A stretch of 64,000 nucleotides of DNA from a virus. Within the stretch, counting starts at the first letter, position 1. Each line of letters starts with the position of its first letter. The translations under genes were made by a program, and so were the position numbers. The stretch lies in IMG/VR virus record IMGVR_UViG_3300027849_000009, one strand, 5' to 3'. This document shows, piece after piece, positions 1 to 9,572 of this stretch. Under the pieces are notes generated by a model. It did no database searches. It was not told the origin of the DNA and worked only from the letters and a program-made list of their open reading frames with translations.

Positions 1-435
1 GTTACTGACAATGCTGGTCGTTCACGTATCAAGTACTTCTATTCTGATATTGATATGCTGACTACTCCTTCGAAAGACATCATTATGCCTGAGACCGAAG
101 TTAAGTTTACACTAGATAGTGCCACTCTATCCAGTATCAAACGTGCGGCATCTGTTCTTGGTCATACTGAAATGTCAGTGACCGCATCTGATGGTGTTGT
201 ATCGTTATCTGTAATCGATAACAATGATCGTACCTCAAACGTATATTCTATTGATGTTGATGGAGTATTTGCTGAAGAGAAGTTTAACTTTATCTTTAAC
301 ATCTCTAACCTTAAGATGGTTGATGGTGATTATGAAGTTGGTATTTCTAAGAAATTAATCTCACATTTTGTGAACAAAGAGAACGGCATCGAATACTGGT
401 GCGCCCTCGAAAAATCTAGTACTTACGGAGAATAG
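1..435 (+). CDS. 45: Sliding clamp gp45, 5' truncated by window
   Basis: Frame open from base 1 (VTDNAGRSRIKYFYSD...); C-terminus NLKMVDGDYEVGIS...YWCALE typical of gp45; lies upstream of gp44. Confidence 0.85.
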   Translation, partial: VTDNAGRSRIKYFYSDIDMLTTPSKDIIMPETEVKFTLDSATLSSIKRAASVLGHTEMSVTASDGVVSLSVIDNNDRTSNVYSIDVDGVFAEEKFNFIFNISNLKMVDGDYEVGISKKLISHFVNKENGIEYWCALEKSSTYGE

Positions 436-437
436 TA

Positions 438-626
438 ATGAGTAACAATGTAGAAATGACAGACCTGGCGAATCGTATCACACGATCAACTGTTGCAGTA
501 ATCGACACAGTTGCCGCCCGAGGTGGATTTAAAGGTGAAGAACTAGCAACTATTGGACAGTTGCGTGATCAGTGTATTGCATTGATTCAGATTGTTGAAG
601 ACGCTCAGGCGCAAGCAGTAGAATAA
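438..626 (+). CDS. Hypothetical protein
   Basis: 62-aa ORF with GGAG SD. Confidence 0.7.
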   Translation: MSNNVEMTDLANRITRSTVAVIDTVAARGGFKGEELATIGQLRDQCIALIQIVEDAQAQAVE

Positions 627-639
627 AGATTCGATTCGC

Positions 640-669
640 TTGACTTTTGGTCTTGTCTGCTGTATAATT
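640..669 (+). promoter_or_regulatory. Sigma70-type promoter upstream of gp44
   Basis: TTGACT-N18-TATAAT with TG extension. Confidence 0.55.
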
Positions 670-710
670 ACGTATAGTAGACAAGACATTTTTTATATTA
701 TGAGGCACAT

Positions 711-1646
711 ATGAGCAAAGACTTTTTATGGGTAGAGAAATATCGCCCACAAACAATTAAAGACACCATCCTTCCTAAAAAACTAAAAGACGTATTCCTT
801 AAAATCGTAGAAGGCGGCGAGATGCCCAATATGCTTTTTACTGGTACTGCTGGTCTTGGTAAAACAACTGTAGCAAAAGCACTATGTAAAGAACTTGACT
901 ATGATTGTATTGTGGTCAACTGTTCTGAAGATGGTAACATCGATACACTTCGTGGTAAGATTAGACGCTTTGCATCTTCGGTATCTCTTGGCGGTGACGT
1001 TAAAGTTGTTATCCTAGATGAGGCAGATTATCTTAATGCTCAATCAACTCAACCCGCACTACGTGGTTTCATCGAAGAGTTTGCTGACAACTGTAGATTC
1101 ATCTTAACTTGTAACTTCAAGAACCGTATCATCGAACCTATCCATTCTCGCTGTGGTGTATATGAATTCAATACATCTAAGAAAGACATGGGTCAATTGT
1201 GTGGTCAGTTCATGGAACGACTCAAGACAATTCTTGATACCGAAGGTGTTACGTACAGTGATAAACTGATTGCTAACATGATTATGAAACATGCTCCTGA
1301 TTGGAGAAGAGTGATTAATGAATGTCAACGCTATTCAATGGGTGGTCAACTAGACTCTATTGCTATCGATAGTACTGATAGTGAAGTCGATCAACTGTTC
1401 GCCTCGCTGAAAGCAAAAGACTTTAAGAAGATGCGCTCATGGGTTGTTAATAATGTTGATGTAGATACCTCGACCATCTTCCGTTCACTATATGACAAGA
1501 TGTATGATAGAGTTGATCCGTCATCTATTCCGCAGTTAGTATTAATTCTTGCTGACTATCAATACAAGGCGGCATTTGTTGCTGACCATGAGTTAAACAT
1601 TGTTGCTTGTATGACTGAAGTAATGGCAAATGTGGAGATGATCTAA
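711..1646 (+). CDS. 44: Clamp loader large subunit gp44 (AAA+)
   Basis: LWVEKYRP, Walker A GTAGLGKT, Walker B ILDEAD, SRC motif. Confidence 0.95.
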   Translation: MSKDFLWVEKYRPQTIKDTILPKKLKDVFLKIVEGGEMPNMLFTGTAGLGKTTVAKALCKELDYDCIVVNCSEDGNIDTLRGKIRRFASSVSLGGDVKVVILDEADYLNAQSTQPALRGFIEEFADNCRFILTCNFKNRIIEPIHSRCGVYEFNTSKKDMGQLCGQFMERLKTILDTEGVTYSDKLIANMIMKHAPDWRRVINECQRYSMGGQLDSIAIDSTDSEVDQLFASLKAKDFKKMRSWVVNNVDVDTSTIFRSLYDKMYDRVDPSSIPQLVLILADYQYKAAFVADHELNIVACMTEVMANVEMI

Positions 1647-2251
1647 TGATTAACATATATGATTATGAAACATTAGGCACTGACTTGAACACTGCTCCTG
1701 TAGTGAACGTGGCGGCAATGACAGTTGACGAAGATATGTTTCTTTCTGATACTCCATACTCTTATATGGACTTAGTTGGTCTTGCTAAGATAATGAAGTT
1801 TGATGTTAAAGAGCAGGTCGAGAAGTACGGACGTATTGTAGATAAGAATACACTCGCGTGGTGGCAGAAGCAAGGAGAAGCGGCAATGTCGCAACTCAAA
1901 CCTCTGTCAACAGATGTATCAATCACAGAACTGCCAGCGTTTCTTCGTGCAACAATGACACCTGGTCAATTAGTTTATACGCGAGGCAACACTTTCGATC
2001 CTGTTCTCACTACATCTATATGCAATCTACTAGACGCATCAGAACCCTACAGATTCTGGGATGTTCGTGATACTCGTACTATGATTGAAGGCATTGCAAT
2101 TGGTCATGGTATTAATATCAATAACTCATTCGTACCTAAGGGCGTTAATGATGGTGACTTCATTGCTCACAATCCTGCACACGATATCGCTATGGACATT
2201 TTCAGAATACAGCAGTTGCTAAGAGGTGTATTCTACAATGAACCCTTTTGA
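1646..2251 (+). CDS. dexA: DEDDh 3'-5' exonuclease, DexA-like
   Basis: DYETLG, RGNTFD, RDTRT, HNPAHD motifs. Confidence 0.75.
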   Translation: MINIYDYETLGTDLNTAPVVNVAAMTVDEDMFLSDTPYSYMDLVGLAKIMKFDVKEQVEKYGRIVDKNTLAWWQKQGEAAMSQLKPLSTDVSITELPAFLRATMTPGQLVYTRGNTFDPVLTTSICNLLDASEPYRFWDVRDTRTMIEGIAIGHGININNSFVPKGVNDGDFIAHNPAHDIAMDIFRIQQLLRGVFYNEPF

Positions 2252-2615
2252 TTATGTGATGGCGATTAATCTAAGTAAGAAAGACCTGATGGTAGATGAC
2301 CTGACTGAGAAGGGTTATGCTCCATATATGGTAAATAGATCCCTTTCTTACTTCCCAGACACTGTTGCTGTTGCTAATGCTATGAATCAGCACTACTCTA
2401 TTGACAAAAAACTACAATTTCATTTTCTGCTAAATATAGTTAGAAAGAGGAAGCGGTTCTCTAAATGGGATAAAGCGACCAAATCTGATGACGTGGATGC
2501 AGTTAAAGAGTATTATGGTTATAGCAACGAGAAAGCAAAGTCTGCTCTTAAACTCCTCACACCCGACCAAATAATAAGTATTAAGAAAAGGATCTATAAA
2601 GGTGGAAGGAATTAA
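2238..2615 (+). CDS. 62: Clamp loader small subunit gp62
   Basis: Y.PYMVNRSLSYFPDT, RKRKRFSKW, YYGYSNEKA; start chosen after GAGG SD. Confidence 0.9.
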   Translation: MNPFDYVMAINLSKKDLMVDDLTEKGYAPYMVNRSLSYFPDTVAVANAMNQHYSIDKKLQFHFLLNIVRKRKRFSKWDKATKSDDVDAVKEYYGYSNEKAKSALKLLTPDQIISIKKRIYKGGRN

Positions 2616-3006
2616 ATTATGGACATCGTCCGATATGTTAGAAGTTATTCTTCAAGAACCCGATGACTTCTTAAAAGTGCGCGAGACACTGACACGAATG
2701 GGTGTCGCATCTCGCAAAGAAAATAAACTGTTTCAGTCTTGTCACATTCTACATAAGCAAGGCAGATACTTCATTGTTCACTTCAAAGAACTATTTCTAC
2801 TAGACGGCAAGAAGTCTAATTTAGAAGAGATGGATCTACTACGAAGAAATAGTATTGCTCAGTTGTTAGCAGATTGGGGTTTAGTAAGCATCGTTGATAA
2901 AGAGATGGTTGCTGAATGCGCACCGCTAAGACAGATTAAGATTATTTCTCACAAAGAAAAGAGTGAGTGGGAGTTATGTCCCAAGTATAATATAGGTAAC
3001 AAGTGA
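2602..3006 (+). CDS. regA: Translational repressor RegA
   Basis: PDDFLKVRETLTRMGVAS, LFQSCHILHKQGRYFIVHFKELF. Confidence 0.95.
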   Translation: MEGIKLWTSSDMLEVILQEPDDFLKVRETLTRMGVASRKENKLFQSCHILHKQGRYFIVHFKELFLLDGKKSNLEEMDLLRRNSIAQLLADWGLVSIVDKEMVAECAPLRQIKIISHKEKSEWELCPKYNIGNK

Positions 3007-3134
3007 CAGTAGAAGAACATATACACAGGATGGAAGAACTCTTCGGGGAACTTCCTAATCCTGATCACAGTCCAATACAGTTTCAATACTATGTTGACCT
3101 GTACAAGTTTTATACGAAACAGGGTTACTGTTAG
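3003..3134 (+). CDS. Small hypothetical protein (43 aa, not in track)
   Basis: GTG start overlapping regA stop; MTVEEHIHRMEELFGELPNPDHSPIQF... Confidence 0.5.
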   Translation: MTVEEHIHRMEELFGELPNPDHSPIQFQYYVDLYKFYTKQGYC

Positions 3135-3142
3135 TATAAATA
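3135..3142 (+). promoter_or_regulatory. T4-type late promoter upstream of hsp20
   Basis: TATAAATA in intergenic position. Confidence 0.7.
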
Positions 3143-3147
3143 AGCGC

Positions 3148-3205
3148 GTAGATGCGGATGGTCCGGTCTACATTTTTATCTTGCTTTTAATTAAGGAGAA
3201 GCACT
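3148..3205 (+). promoter_or_regulatory. ROSE-like RNA thermometer in hsp20 leader
   Basis: Hairpin 3148-3171, then TCTTGCTT (3179-3186) pairing with SD AAGGAGA (3193-3199) with a bulged G. Confidence 0.6.
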
Positions 3206-3634
3206 ATGACGAACACAACGAGTATCAAAGTACCCAGTCTATATCCACGAGCATCATTTGTGGGTTTTGACCACCTCTTCGCTGAATTAGATTTTGTCAC
3301 GAGAAATGCCAAAGACACTTACCCTCCACATAACGTAGTAAAAATCAACGAGTTTGATTATGTGATAGAGATAGCAGTCGCGGGTTTTGAGATGGACGAT
3401 CTTATCATTGAACAGGACGAGCGAACTTTGAACATAGCAGGCAATCAACAAAGTGTGGATGCGCCTGTTGAATACCTACACAAAGGTATTTCCACTAAAA
3501 AGTTTCAACGAACTTTTCGACTTTCCGAGTATGTTGAAGTAGTAGGAGCGACTCTGGACAAAGGTATCCTTGTAGTTAATCTAAAGGTCGAATTGCCCGC
3601 AGAGAAGCGTCCACGTAAAATTAAAATCAATTAA
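3206..3634 (+). CDS. hsp20: Small heat shock protein Hsp20 (IbpA-like)
   Basis: VGFDHLF, YPPHNVVK, IEIAVAGF, YLHKGIS, GILVVNL. Confidence 0.95.
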   Translation: MTNTTSIKVPSLYPRASFVGFDHLFAELDFVTRNAKDTYPPHNVVKINEFDYVIEIAVAGFEMDDLIIEQDERTLNIAGNQQSVDAPVEYLHKGISTKKFQRTFRLSEYVEVVGATLDKGILVVNLKVELPAEKRPRKIKIN

Positions 3635-3655
3635 TTTTCGTGGAGAAAAAAAGAA

Positions 3656-3748
3656 ATGGCAACGTCTAAAGTAGACAGGGTCGGTTCTTGGTTAATAGGT
3701 TCAATGTGTACTATCGCATTGTTCGTATCAATCACAGCACTGATTTAA
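3656..3748 (+). CDS. 30-aa single-TM peptide (not in track)
   Basis: GGAG SD; MATSKVDRVGSWLIGSMCTIALFVSITALI. Confidence 0.45.
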   Translation: MATSKVDRVGSWLIGSMCTIALFVSITALI

Positions 3749-3763
3749 CAGTCAAGAAAACTC

Positions 3764-3789
3764 GGGAGGTGAGATGCCTCCCAACTTTT
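3764..3789 (+). terminator. Intrinsic terminator
   Basis: GGGAGGT/GCCTCCC stem followed by AACTTTTT. Confidence 0.6.
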
Positions 3790-3800
3790 AGGATGAACTA

Positions 3801-4517
3801 ATGATTGAAGCATATATGGGAGTTGATCTAAACAATCCACTCGCAGTAAAGTACAACGAATTATCCCTCAAATCTTTTGAATGCGTATCTGACGTACTCA
3901 ACATAAACGTAATACAATGTATAACACCAGATACATTATTCCCACATCTTACGTTATCAAAACATAAAGACAGATCACCACAAGAAATAGCACATATTCA
4001 TTCAACCTTCAGACTCATGCGACGAATCTCTCGTGGCGAACGTCTATGGATTATGGAGCATGATGCATATTTAATCCCGGAACAGGTTGACATGTTCAGG
4101 CGTATTATGTTAAAATATACAGAGATGCCAACATGTAATATTGGTATTGCGCTTGAGTGTTACACAGTTATACCACAGATTGCAGAGATGTTTTGTGAAC
4201 ATGTTATTAATGACGAGATGCACAACTGTCGTGGACCTATGAGTATACTCCACTCTGTCACTGACTTTTACTGTAAAGCGAACAACAATAATCGATACAA
4301 TGTTTATTGGCCAAAGAAGGGCATGGATAACAAAACTGGCGTTTCAGTTAATGTTTCTCATGCTCACACTCGACCCAGTGTAGTACTTGATAGTCCTATT
4401 ACTCAGTTAATAGATGAGAATCAAGGTTGCACAGTAACAGATAGAACTAGATTCCAAGGAAAAGAACGATACTACAATTCAAAGACACACCCAAACTTTC
4501 ACTTCGTTACATTATAA
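3801..4517 (+). CDS. Glycosyltransferase family 25-like protein
   Basis: [16 protein letters not shown] resembles the GT25 EDD region; same pattern in the ORF at 62474. Confidence 0.45.
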   Translation: MIEAYMGVDLNNPLAVKYNELSLKSFECVSDVLNINVIQCITPDTLFPHLTLSKHKDRSPQEIAHIHSTFRLMRRISRGERLWIMEHDAYLIPEQVDMFRRIMLKYTEMPTCNIGIALECYTVIPQIAEMFCEHVINDEMHNCRGPMSILHSVTDFYCKANNNNRYNVYWPKKGMDNKTGVSVNVSHAHTRPSVVLDSPITQLIDENQGCTVTDRTRFQGKERYYNSKTHPNFHFVTL

Positions 4518-4522
4518 ATCGC

Positions 4523-4551
4523 TTGACTGTCCGCGCCATGTGTGTTATAAT
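4523..4551 (+). promoter_or_regulatory. Sigma70-type promoter for DNA polymerase
   Basis: TTGACT-N17-TATAAT, extended -10. Confidence 0.7.
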
Positions 4552-4575
4552 GGTGTCTTATACTATGGAGAACCT

Positions 4576-7014
4576 ATGAACTTTTACACAAATGTGACCC
4601 GATACGGTAACAAATTACTTTATCGTGGATATGAAAACGGTGAGCGCGTAGAACTACGCATACCTTATCAACCCACAATGTATGTTACCTCACGTAAGGC
4701 GACTGGCAAATACAATACACTCTACGGTGTTCCTGTCGAACCTATGCAGTTCGATTCCATGAAAGAAGCAACTGAATTCACCAAGCAATACGAAGGTGTG
4801 AAGAACTTCGATGTTCACGGTCAGTCTAACTTCGTAACCCAATTCATTAGTGATGCATTCCCTCAAGAGGACATCAAGTGGGATCTCAGTCAAATTAACA
4901 TATGCTCAATCGATATTGAGGTGAAGTCTGATCAGGGTTTCCCTAAACCTCAAGAGGCGGCACATCCTATCACTGCTATTGGTGTCAAGAACAATCAAAG
5001 CGATGGTTACACAGTATGGGGTCTTAAAGATTATGATCCAACTCTGAATGACTTAGAAGTGACGTACTTCAAGATGATCGACGAGAAGGCGTTGATTCGT
5101 GCTTTCTTGGACTGGTGGGGTGCTAACTCGCCTGACATCGTTACTGGTTGGAACTCAAAGGGTTTTGATATTCCATACCTAGTCAACCGCACTCGTAATA
5201 TAATCAATGATGATGCTATTAAAGCATTCTCTCCATGGAAGTTAGTTCAAGCGAGAGAAACTAAAACTGCTTACGGTGTTGACCAGACTTACGATCTTAT
5301 GGGCATTGCGCAACTCGACTACCTTGAATTGTTTAAGAAGTTCGGTAAACTGACATACGGTGAGCAAGAGTCCTACAAACTGGATCATATTGCTCAGACC
5401 ATACTCGGCGAAGCAAAACTATCATACGAAGAACATGGTAATCTACACACACTATACGAGCAAGATCACCAGAAGTACATCGACTATAACATTAGAGATG
5501 TCGAGTTGATCGTGCGATTCGAAGAGAAGATGGGTCTAATTGCTCTTGCTCTTACTATGGCATACCAGTCTAAAGTAAACTATGCAGATACATTCGGCAC
5601 AACTTCTATCTGGGATTCTATCATCTACAATCAGTTGATTAAGAAGAATGTTATTATTCCACCTAAACCTCCTCTGGATCACGATGTTAGTCGTATTGTT
5701 GGTGGTTACGTGAAAGAACCTCAAGTAGGATCACATAACTGGGTAACATCATTCGATTTGGCATCTCTGTATCCTAACATCATTGTACAGTACAATATGT
5801 CACCCGAGACTATGTGCTATGACGAAGATATTCCTACTGCTATTGCCGCTAACGGTGCTTCTTTCCGCAAAGATAAAGAGGGTATTATTCCTAACGTGAT
5901 TCGTAAGTTCTATGATAATCGTGTTACTATCAAAAAGAACATGCTTGCGGCACAGCAGAAGTATGAGATTGAACCCACCCATGAACTCGTGAATGAGATT
6001 GCAACGCTGAATAATCAGCAGATGGCGATTAAGATTTTGATGAACAGTCTCTACGGTGCGCTTGCTAATAAGTACTTCCGTTACTTCGATCAGCGTATCG
6101 CCGAGGGTGTTACTATGTCTGGTCAACGTGCTATCAAGGTAGCAGAGGTAGCAGTCAATGACGAGATGAACAATCTCCTCAAAGATAAGAAAGATTATGT
6201 TATTGCTATGGATACTGACTCCTTGTATATCAACATGGAATCTTTGGTGACGAAGTTCTCACCTGCTGATCCTGTTAAGTTTCTTGATAAGATATGCGGT
6301 GAACATTTCGAGAAAGTTATTGCTGGCGCATATGACAAACTAGCGAACGACACTGGTGCATACATCAATCGCATGGTGATGGAGCGAGAAGTTATTGCTG
6401 ATCGTGGTATCTGGTTGGCGAAGAAGCGTTACATCCTAAATGTACATAACAACGAGGGTGTCCAGTACGCAGAACCCAAACTCAAGATGATGGGTATCGA
6501 AGCAATCAAGTCATCCACTCCTATGGTCTGTCGTAAGAAGTTCAAAGAAGTCTTTAAGGTTATCATCGAAGGTACAGAAGAAGATACTCAGAAGTTTATT
6601 GCAGACTTCAGAAGCGAGTTTAGTTCTCTCAATCCCGAAGATGTTGCATTCCCCAGAGGTATCTCGGATCTTACTAAGTATAAGGATCGAAAGAATATTT
6701 ATGGTAAGGGCACTCCAATTCATGTTCGTGGCGCCCTTCTATATAATCACTACGTAAAGAAAGCAGGAATGACTGACAAATACGAGACGGTTAAAGATGG
6801 TGAGAAGATTAAGTTTATCTACCTGAAACAACCTAATCGTATTAAAGAGAATGTTATTTCATTCCCAACTACTTTACCAAAAGAACTTGGACTCCATCCT
6901 CAGATTGATTACAATTTACAGTATGAGAAGACTTTTCTTTCACCACTTGAACCCATTCTGGCGGCAGTCGGATGGAGTTCTGAACCAAGAGCATCACTAG
7001 AGGAGTTCTTTTAA
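4576..7014 (+). CDS. 43: Family B DNA polymerase gp43
   Basis: Exo [31 protein letters not shown]-terminal clamp-binding SLEEFF. Confidence 0.97.
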   Translation: MNFYTNVTRYGNKLLYRGYENGERVELRIPYQPTMYVTSRKATGKYNTLYGVPVEPMQFDSMKEATEFTKQYEGVKNFDVHGQSNFVTQFISDAFPQEDIKWDLSQINICSIDIEVKSDQGFPKPQEAAHPITAIGVKNNQSDGYTVWGLKDYDPTLNDLEVTYFKMIDEKALIRAFLDWWGANSPDIVTGWNSKGFDIPYLVNRTRNIINDDAIKAFSPWKLVQARETKTAYGVDQTYDLMGIAQLDYLELFKKFGKLTYGEQESYKLDHIAQTILGEAKLSYEEHGNLHTLYEQDHQKYIDYNIRDVELIVRFEEKMGLIALALTMAYQSKVNYADTFGTTSIWDSIIYNQLIKKNVIIPPKPPLDHDVSRIVGGYVKEPQVGSHNWVTSFDLASLYPNIIVQYNMSPETMCYDEDIPTAIAANGASFRKDKEGIIPNVIRKFYDNRVTIKKNMLAAQQKYEIEPTHELVNEIATLNNQQMAIKILMNSLYGALANKYFRYFDQRIAEGVTMSGQRAIKVAEVAVNDEMNNLLKDKKDYVIAMDTDSLYINMESLVTKFSPADPVKFLDKICGEHFEKVIAGAYDKLANDTGAYINRMVMEREVIADRGIWLAKKRYILNVHNNEGVQYAEPKLKMMGIEAIKSSTPMVCRKKFKEVFKVIIEGTEEDTQKFIADFRSEFSSLNPEDVAFPRGISDLTKYKDRKNIYGKGTPIHVRGALLYNHYVKKAGMTDKYETVKDGEKIKFIYLKQPNRIKENVISFPTTLPKELGLHPQIDYNLQYEKTFLSPLEPILAAVGWSSEPRASLEEFF

Positions 7015-7601
7015 TGAAATTAGATCATCTGTCATTCCCCGACATAGGTTGGGGTTATATGCCACCCACAAAGCAAGTGTTTGCCGCATTTGAGTTTGTG
7101 CAAGAACACTATAAACCAAAGTCTGTATTGGAGATTGGGTTTCATATTGGTCATTCAACTACTTACCAGTTAGACATATACAAGGATGCAAGAATTGTTG
7201 GTGTATCTCCTGACAATGAACGTATTGGTAAACCAGGCGATTGCACCGATCCTCAAGTTAGAAGGGATATGGTAGGGATTCTGAATGAGTTATACATCAA
7301 TCGATTCACTTGGGTACCAGGTAGAACAAAGGACGTTAAAGATAAATTGGTCGATGAGTATGTATTCGACTTTGCGTTGGTTGATGGTAATCATGCAGAA
7401 GCGGCGGCACTCTATGACATGGAAGTTATCTACGAGTTAGCGATTCCTAATCTACTGATAGACAACTGGGATCAAGCACCAGTAAAGTCTGCTGTAATCA
7501 AACATGGCAAGTATGAACTAGTAAAGGAGTTCGACTATGACCAAACTTTCAAAGGCAAGACTCAGACCAATCAAATGGGACTATTAACTCTTAAAAAATA
7601 A
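7014..7601 (+). CDS. Class I SAM-dependent methyltransferase
   Basis: VLEIGFHIGHS motif I, FDFALVDGNH. Confidence 0.75.
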   Translation: MKLDHLSFPDIGWGYMPPTKQVFAAFEFVQEHYKPKSVLEIGFHIGHSTTYQLDIYKDARIVGVSPDNERIGKPGDCTDPQVRRDMVGILNELYINRFTWVPGRTKDVKDKLVDEYVFDFALVDGNHAEAAALYDMEVIYELAIPNLLIDNWDQAPVKSAVIKHGKYELVKEFDYDQTFKGKTQTNQMGLLTLKK

Positions 7602-7604
7602 TGG

Positions 7605-7633
7605 TTGCATTCTGAAATTAACTGTGTTATAAT
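7605..7633 (+). promoter_or_regulatory. Sigma70-type promoter, probably giving a leaderless mRNA
   Basis: TTGCAT-N17-TATAAT; ATG lies 7 nt after the -10 with no SD. Confidence 0.55.
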
Positions 7634-7640
7634 ACATACT

Positions 7641-8585
7641 ATGAAATACGAACTGACAATATTCCAATCTGCATTCGACAATAAGACTCACCGCAAGGCA
7701 TCTTTTGATACTTGGGATGAGTTTGTTGGATTACTAGAAGCACTCTCAACTAAATATGGAGAAAAAGGTGGTAAAAACTCATCCGCTCTTATCAGTCCTG
7801 CCATTTTCGCAGACGGCACAACACGTAGCAACGTCAATACTTTACATTGGGGAGGTTGGTGTGCAGTTGATGTTGATAAGCATAGTTTCCTTCCTGACTT
7901 GGACATTCTAAAGAATGAACTTATCACTCGATTTAGTGATCTGGATTTCGTGTGCTATTCTACTGCTAGTTCTCGCGACGACTATTATAAGTTCCGTCTT
8001 GTCTTCAGAATTGAAGAAACTATCCCAAATGATAAAATCAAGTCATTTTGGTACGCCCTCAATACCGATATTGGAGAAATCGGTGACCCGCAGACAAAGG
8101 ATCTTGCAAGGATGTATTACATTCCTGCAGTGTATCCAGGCGCTAATAATTTTTTCTTCAAGCACTCTGGTGGTAGTAGCATTGATCCAAATGCTCTTAT
8201 AAGTAAACATCCATACGTTACAAAGACTGGCAATTCTTTTCTGGACAGATTGCCCGAAGAAATGCAACAAGCAGTAATACAGCATCGTAAAAATTCGATG
8301 ACTGCAACAAACATCTCATGGACAGATTATCGCGACTGTCCATTCTTTCCGAAGCGTCTTGCTATAGAATATGGTTCGATTGCTGAGGGTGGGTGGTATC
8401 ACAAGATGTATCAAATAATGGTTGCTACAGCAGGTACGGCAATCAAGCGAGGTTATCCTATCACTGCCAAGCAAGTTGCAGATTTATGCAGACAACTTGA
8501 CAATGACAATGGAAAATGGTATACTAGTAGACCGCTAGAAGTTGAAGCGGATCGAGCAGTTGAATATGCGTATAGAAATAATTAA
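7641..8585 (+). CDS. AEP-superfamily primase-like protein
   Basis: WCAVDVD (DxD), YSTAS, KFRLVF, DPQTKDLARMYYIP; helical C-terminal domain. Confidence 0.65.
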   Translation: MKYELTIFQSAFDNKTHRKASFDTWDEFVGLLEALSTKYGEKGGKNSSALISPAIFADGTTRSNVNTLHWGGWCAVDVDKHSFLPDLDILKNELITRFSDLDFVCYSTASSRDDYYKFRLVFRIEETIPNDKIKSFWYALNTDIGEIGDPQTKDLARMYYIPAVYPGANNFFFKHSGGSSIDPNALISKHPYVTKTGNSFLDRLPEEMQQAVIQHRKNSMTATNISWTDYRDCPFFPKRLAIEYGSIAEGGWYHKMYQIMVATAGTAIKRGYPITAKQVADLCRQLDNDNGKWYTSRPLEVEADRAVEYAYRNN

Positions 8586-8606
8586 TTTAATGAAAGGTAA
8601 AAATGT

Positions 8607-9569
8607 ATGAGTGATATAAGCGAAGGCGAAATGGTAGAACTGCCAGGAGAAGAAATAACCGGAATGGAGACGCTAACTGAAGTGCAAGCAAATATGATTG
8701 CTGAAGGTCAAGGCGAAGAGGTAAGTGGACAGATGGACAAGAAAGGTGGTGAACAACAGAAGATTCGTATTGGTGTTATCGGTGACAATGCAGTCGCTCA
8801 AGCAATGCAATTAGCATTTGATGTTAAGTCAGTAGAGACTATGCACGTTTCTGGACTAGAGGGTATCGATGATCTAATTGATTGGAAACCAGGGATCACA
8901 TTCTTATGTACTCCGGTTCCTCTATTGAAGAATGATTCAGTGGATGATGCTGACCTAATCAACATGACTAACAAGTTGATTCGTGGTTGTGGTAGTGGTG
9001 TATGTATCAAATCAAGCATCAATATCGAAACTATTGAGCGTCTGATTAAAGCATTATCGTATGAAATTATGGTAAAGAAAGTTACATACAATCCTGTTAT
9101 GGGTGATGATACTGACATTGGTAACATTCTATCTCCTGAAGTAGAGTATTTCGGTGGTGATCCAGCAGTTATTCCAGAGCATATGAAGATTATTCAACAC
9201 ACTAGTGTATTTTCTGCACAGCAGGTTATTACTGGTTCTATCTTCGAAGTTGCGTATGCTAAGTTGGCAGTAGCAGGTTTCAAAGCAGTGAAGCAAACAT
9301 ACTTTAATCAGTTGCATGATGCAATTATGGACACCGGTGGTGCTAATCCATCTATCGTTCGCCGTATGATTGAGAAAGCGCCTGAACTGATTGATCGTTC
9401 TGTAATGATTCCGACGTTCATTCGTGGTCGTACTGATGCTGGTATTAGTTACAAGCAAGCGCGATCCTTTGGCGGAGAGTTTGAGAATGATGTTCGTATG
9501 TTCGCCAGCACGACTGATAAGTTGCCCTTATTGGATGAATGTATTAACTACAAAAATCTGAAGGATTAA
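8607..9569 (+). CDS. Degenerate UDP-glucose/GDP-mannose dehydrogenase-like protein
   Basis: IGVIG Rossmann start, FLCTPVP, IKSS, AKLA..F.A.K..YFN; catalytic GGxC replaced by GGEF. Confidence 0.6.
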   Translation: MSDISEGEMVELPGEEITGMETLTEVQANMIAEGQGEEVSGQMDKKGGEQQKIRIGVIGDNAVAQAMQLAFDVKSVETMHVSGLEGIDDLIDWKPGITFLCTPVPLLKNDSVDDADLINMTNKLIRGCGSGVCIKSSINIETIERLIKALSYEIMVKKVTYNPVMGDDTDIGNILSPEVEYFGGDPAVIPEHMKIIQHTSVFSAQQVITGSIFEVAYAKLAVAGFKAVKQTYFNQLHDAIMDTGGANPSIVRRMIEKAPELIDRSVMIPTFIRGRTDAGISYKQARSFGGEFENDVRMFASTTDKLPLLDECINYKNLKD

Positions 9570-9572
9570 TAT

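Noticed and set aside
4576-7014. Introns or inteins in gp43 (also checked gp41, nrdA, nrdB)
   Set aside because: The ORFs are continuous and of normal length, with no intein terminal motifs seen.
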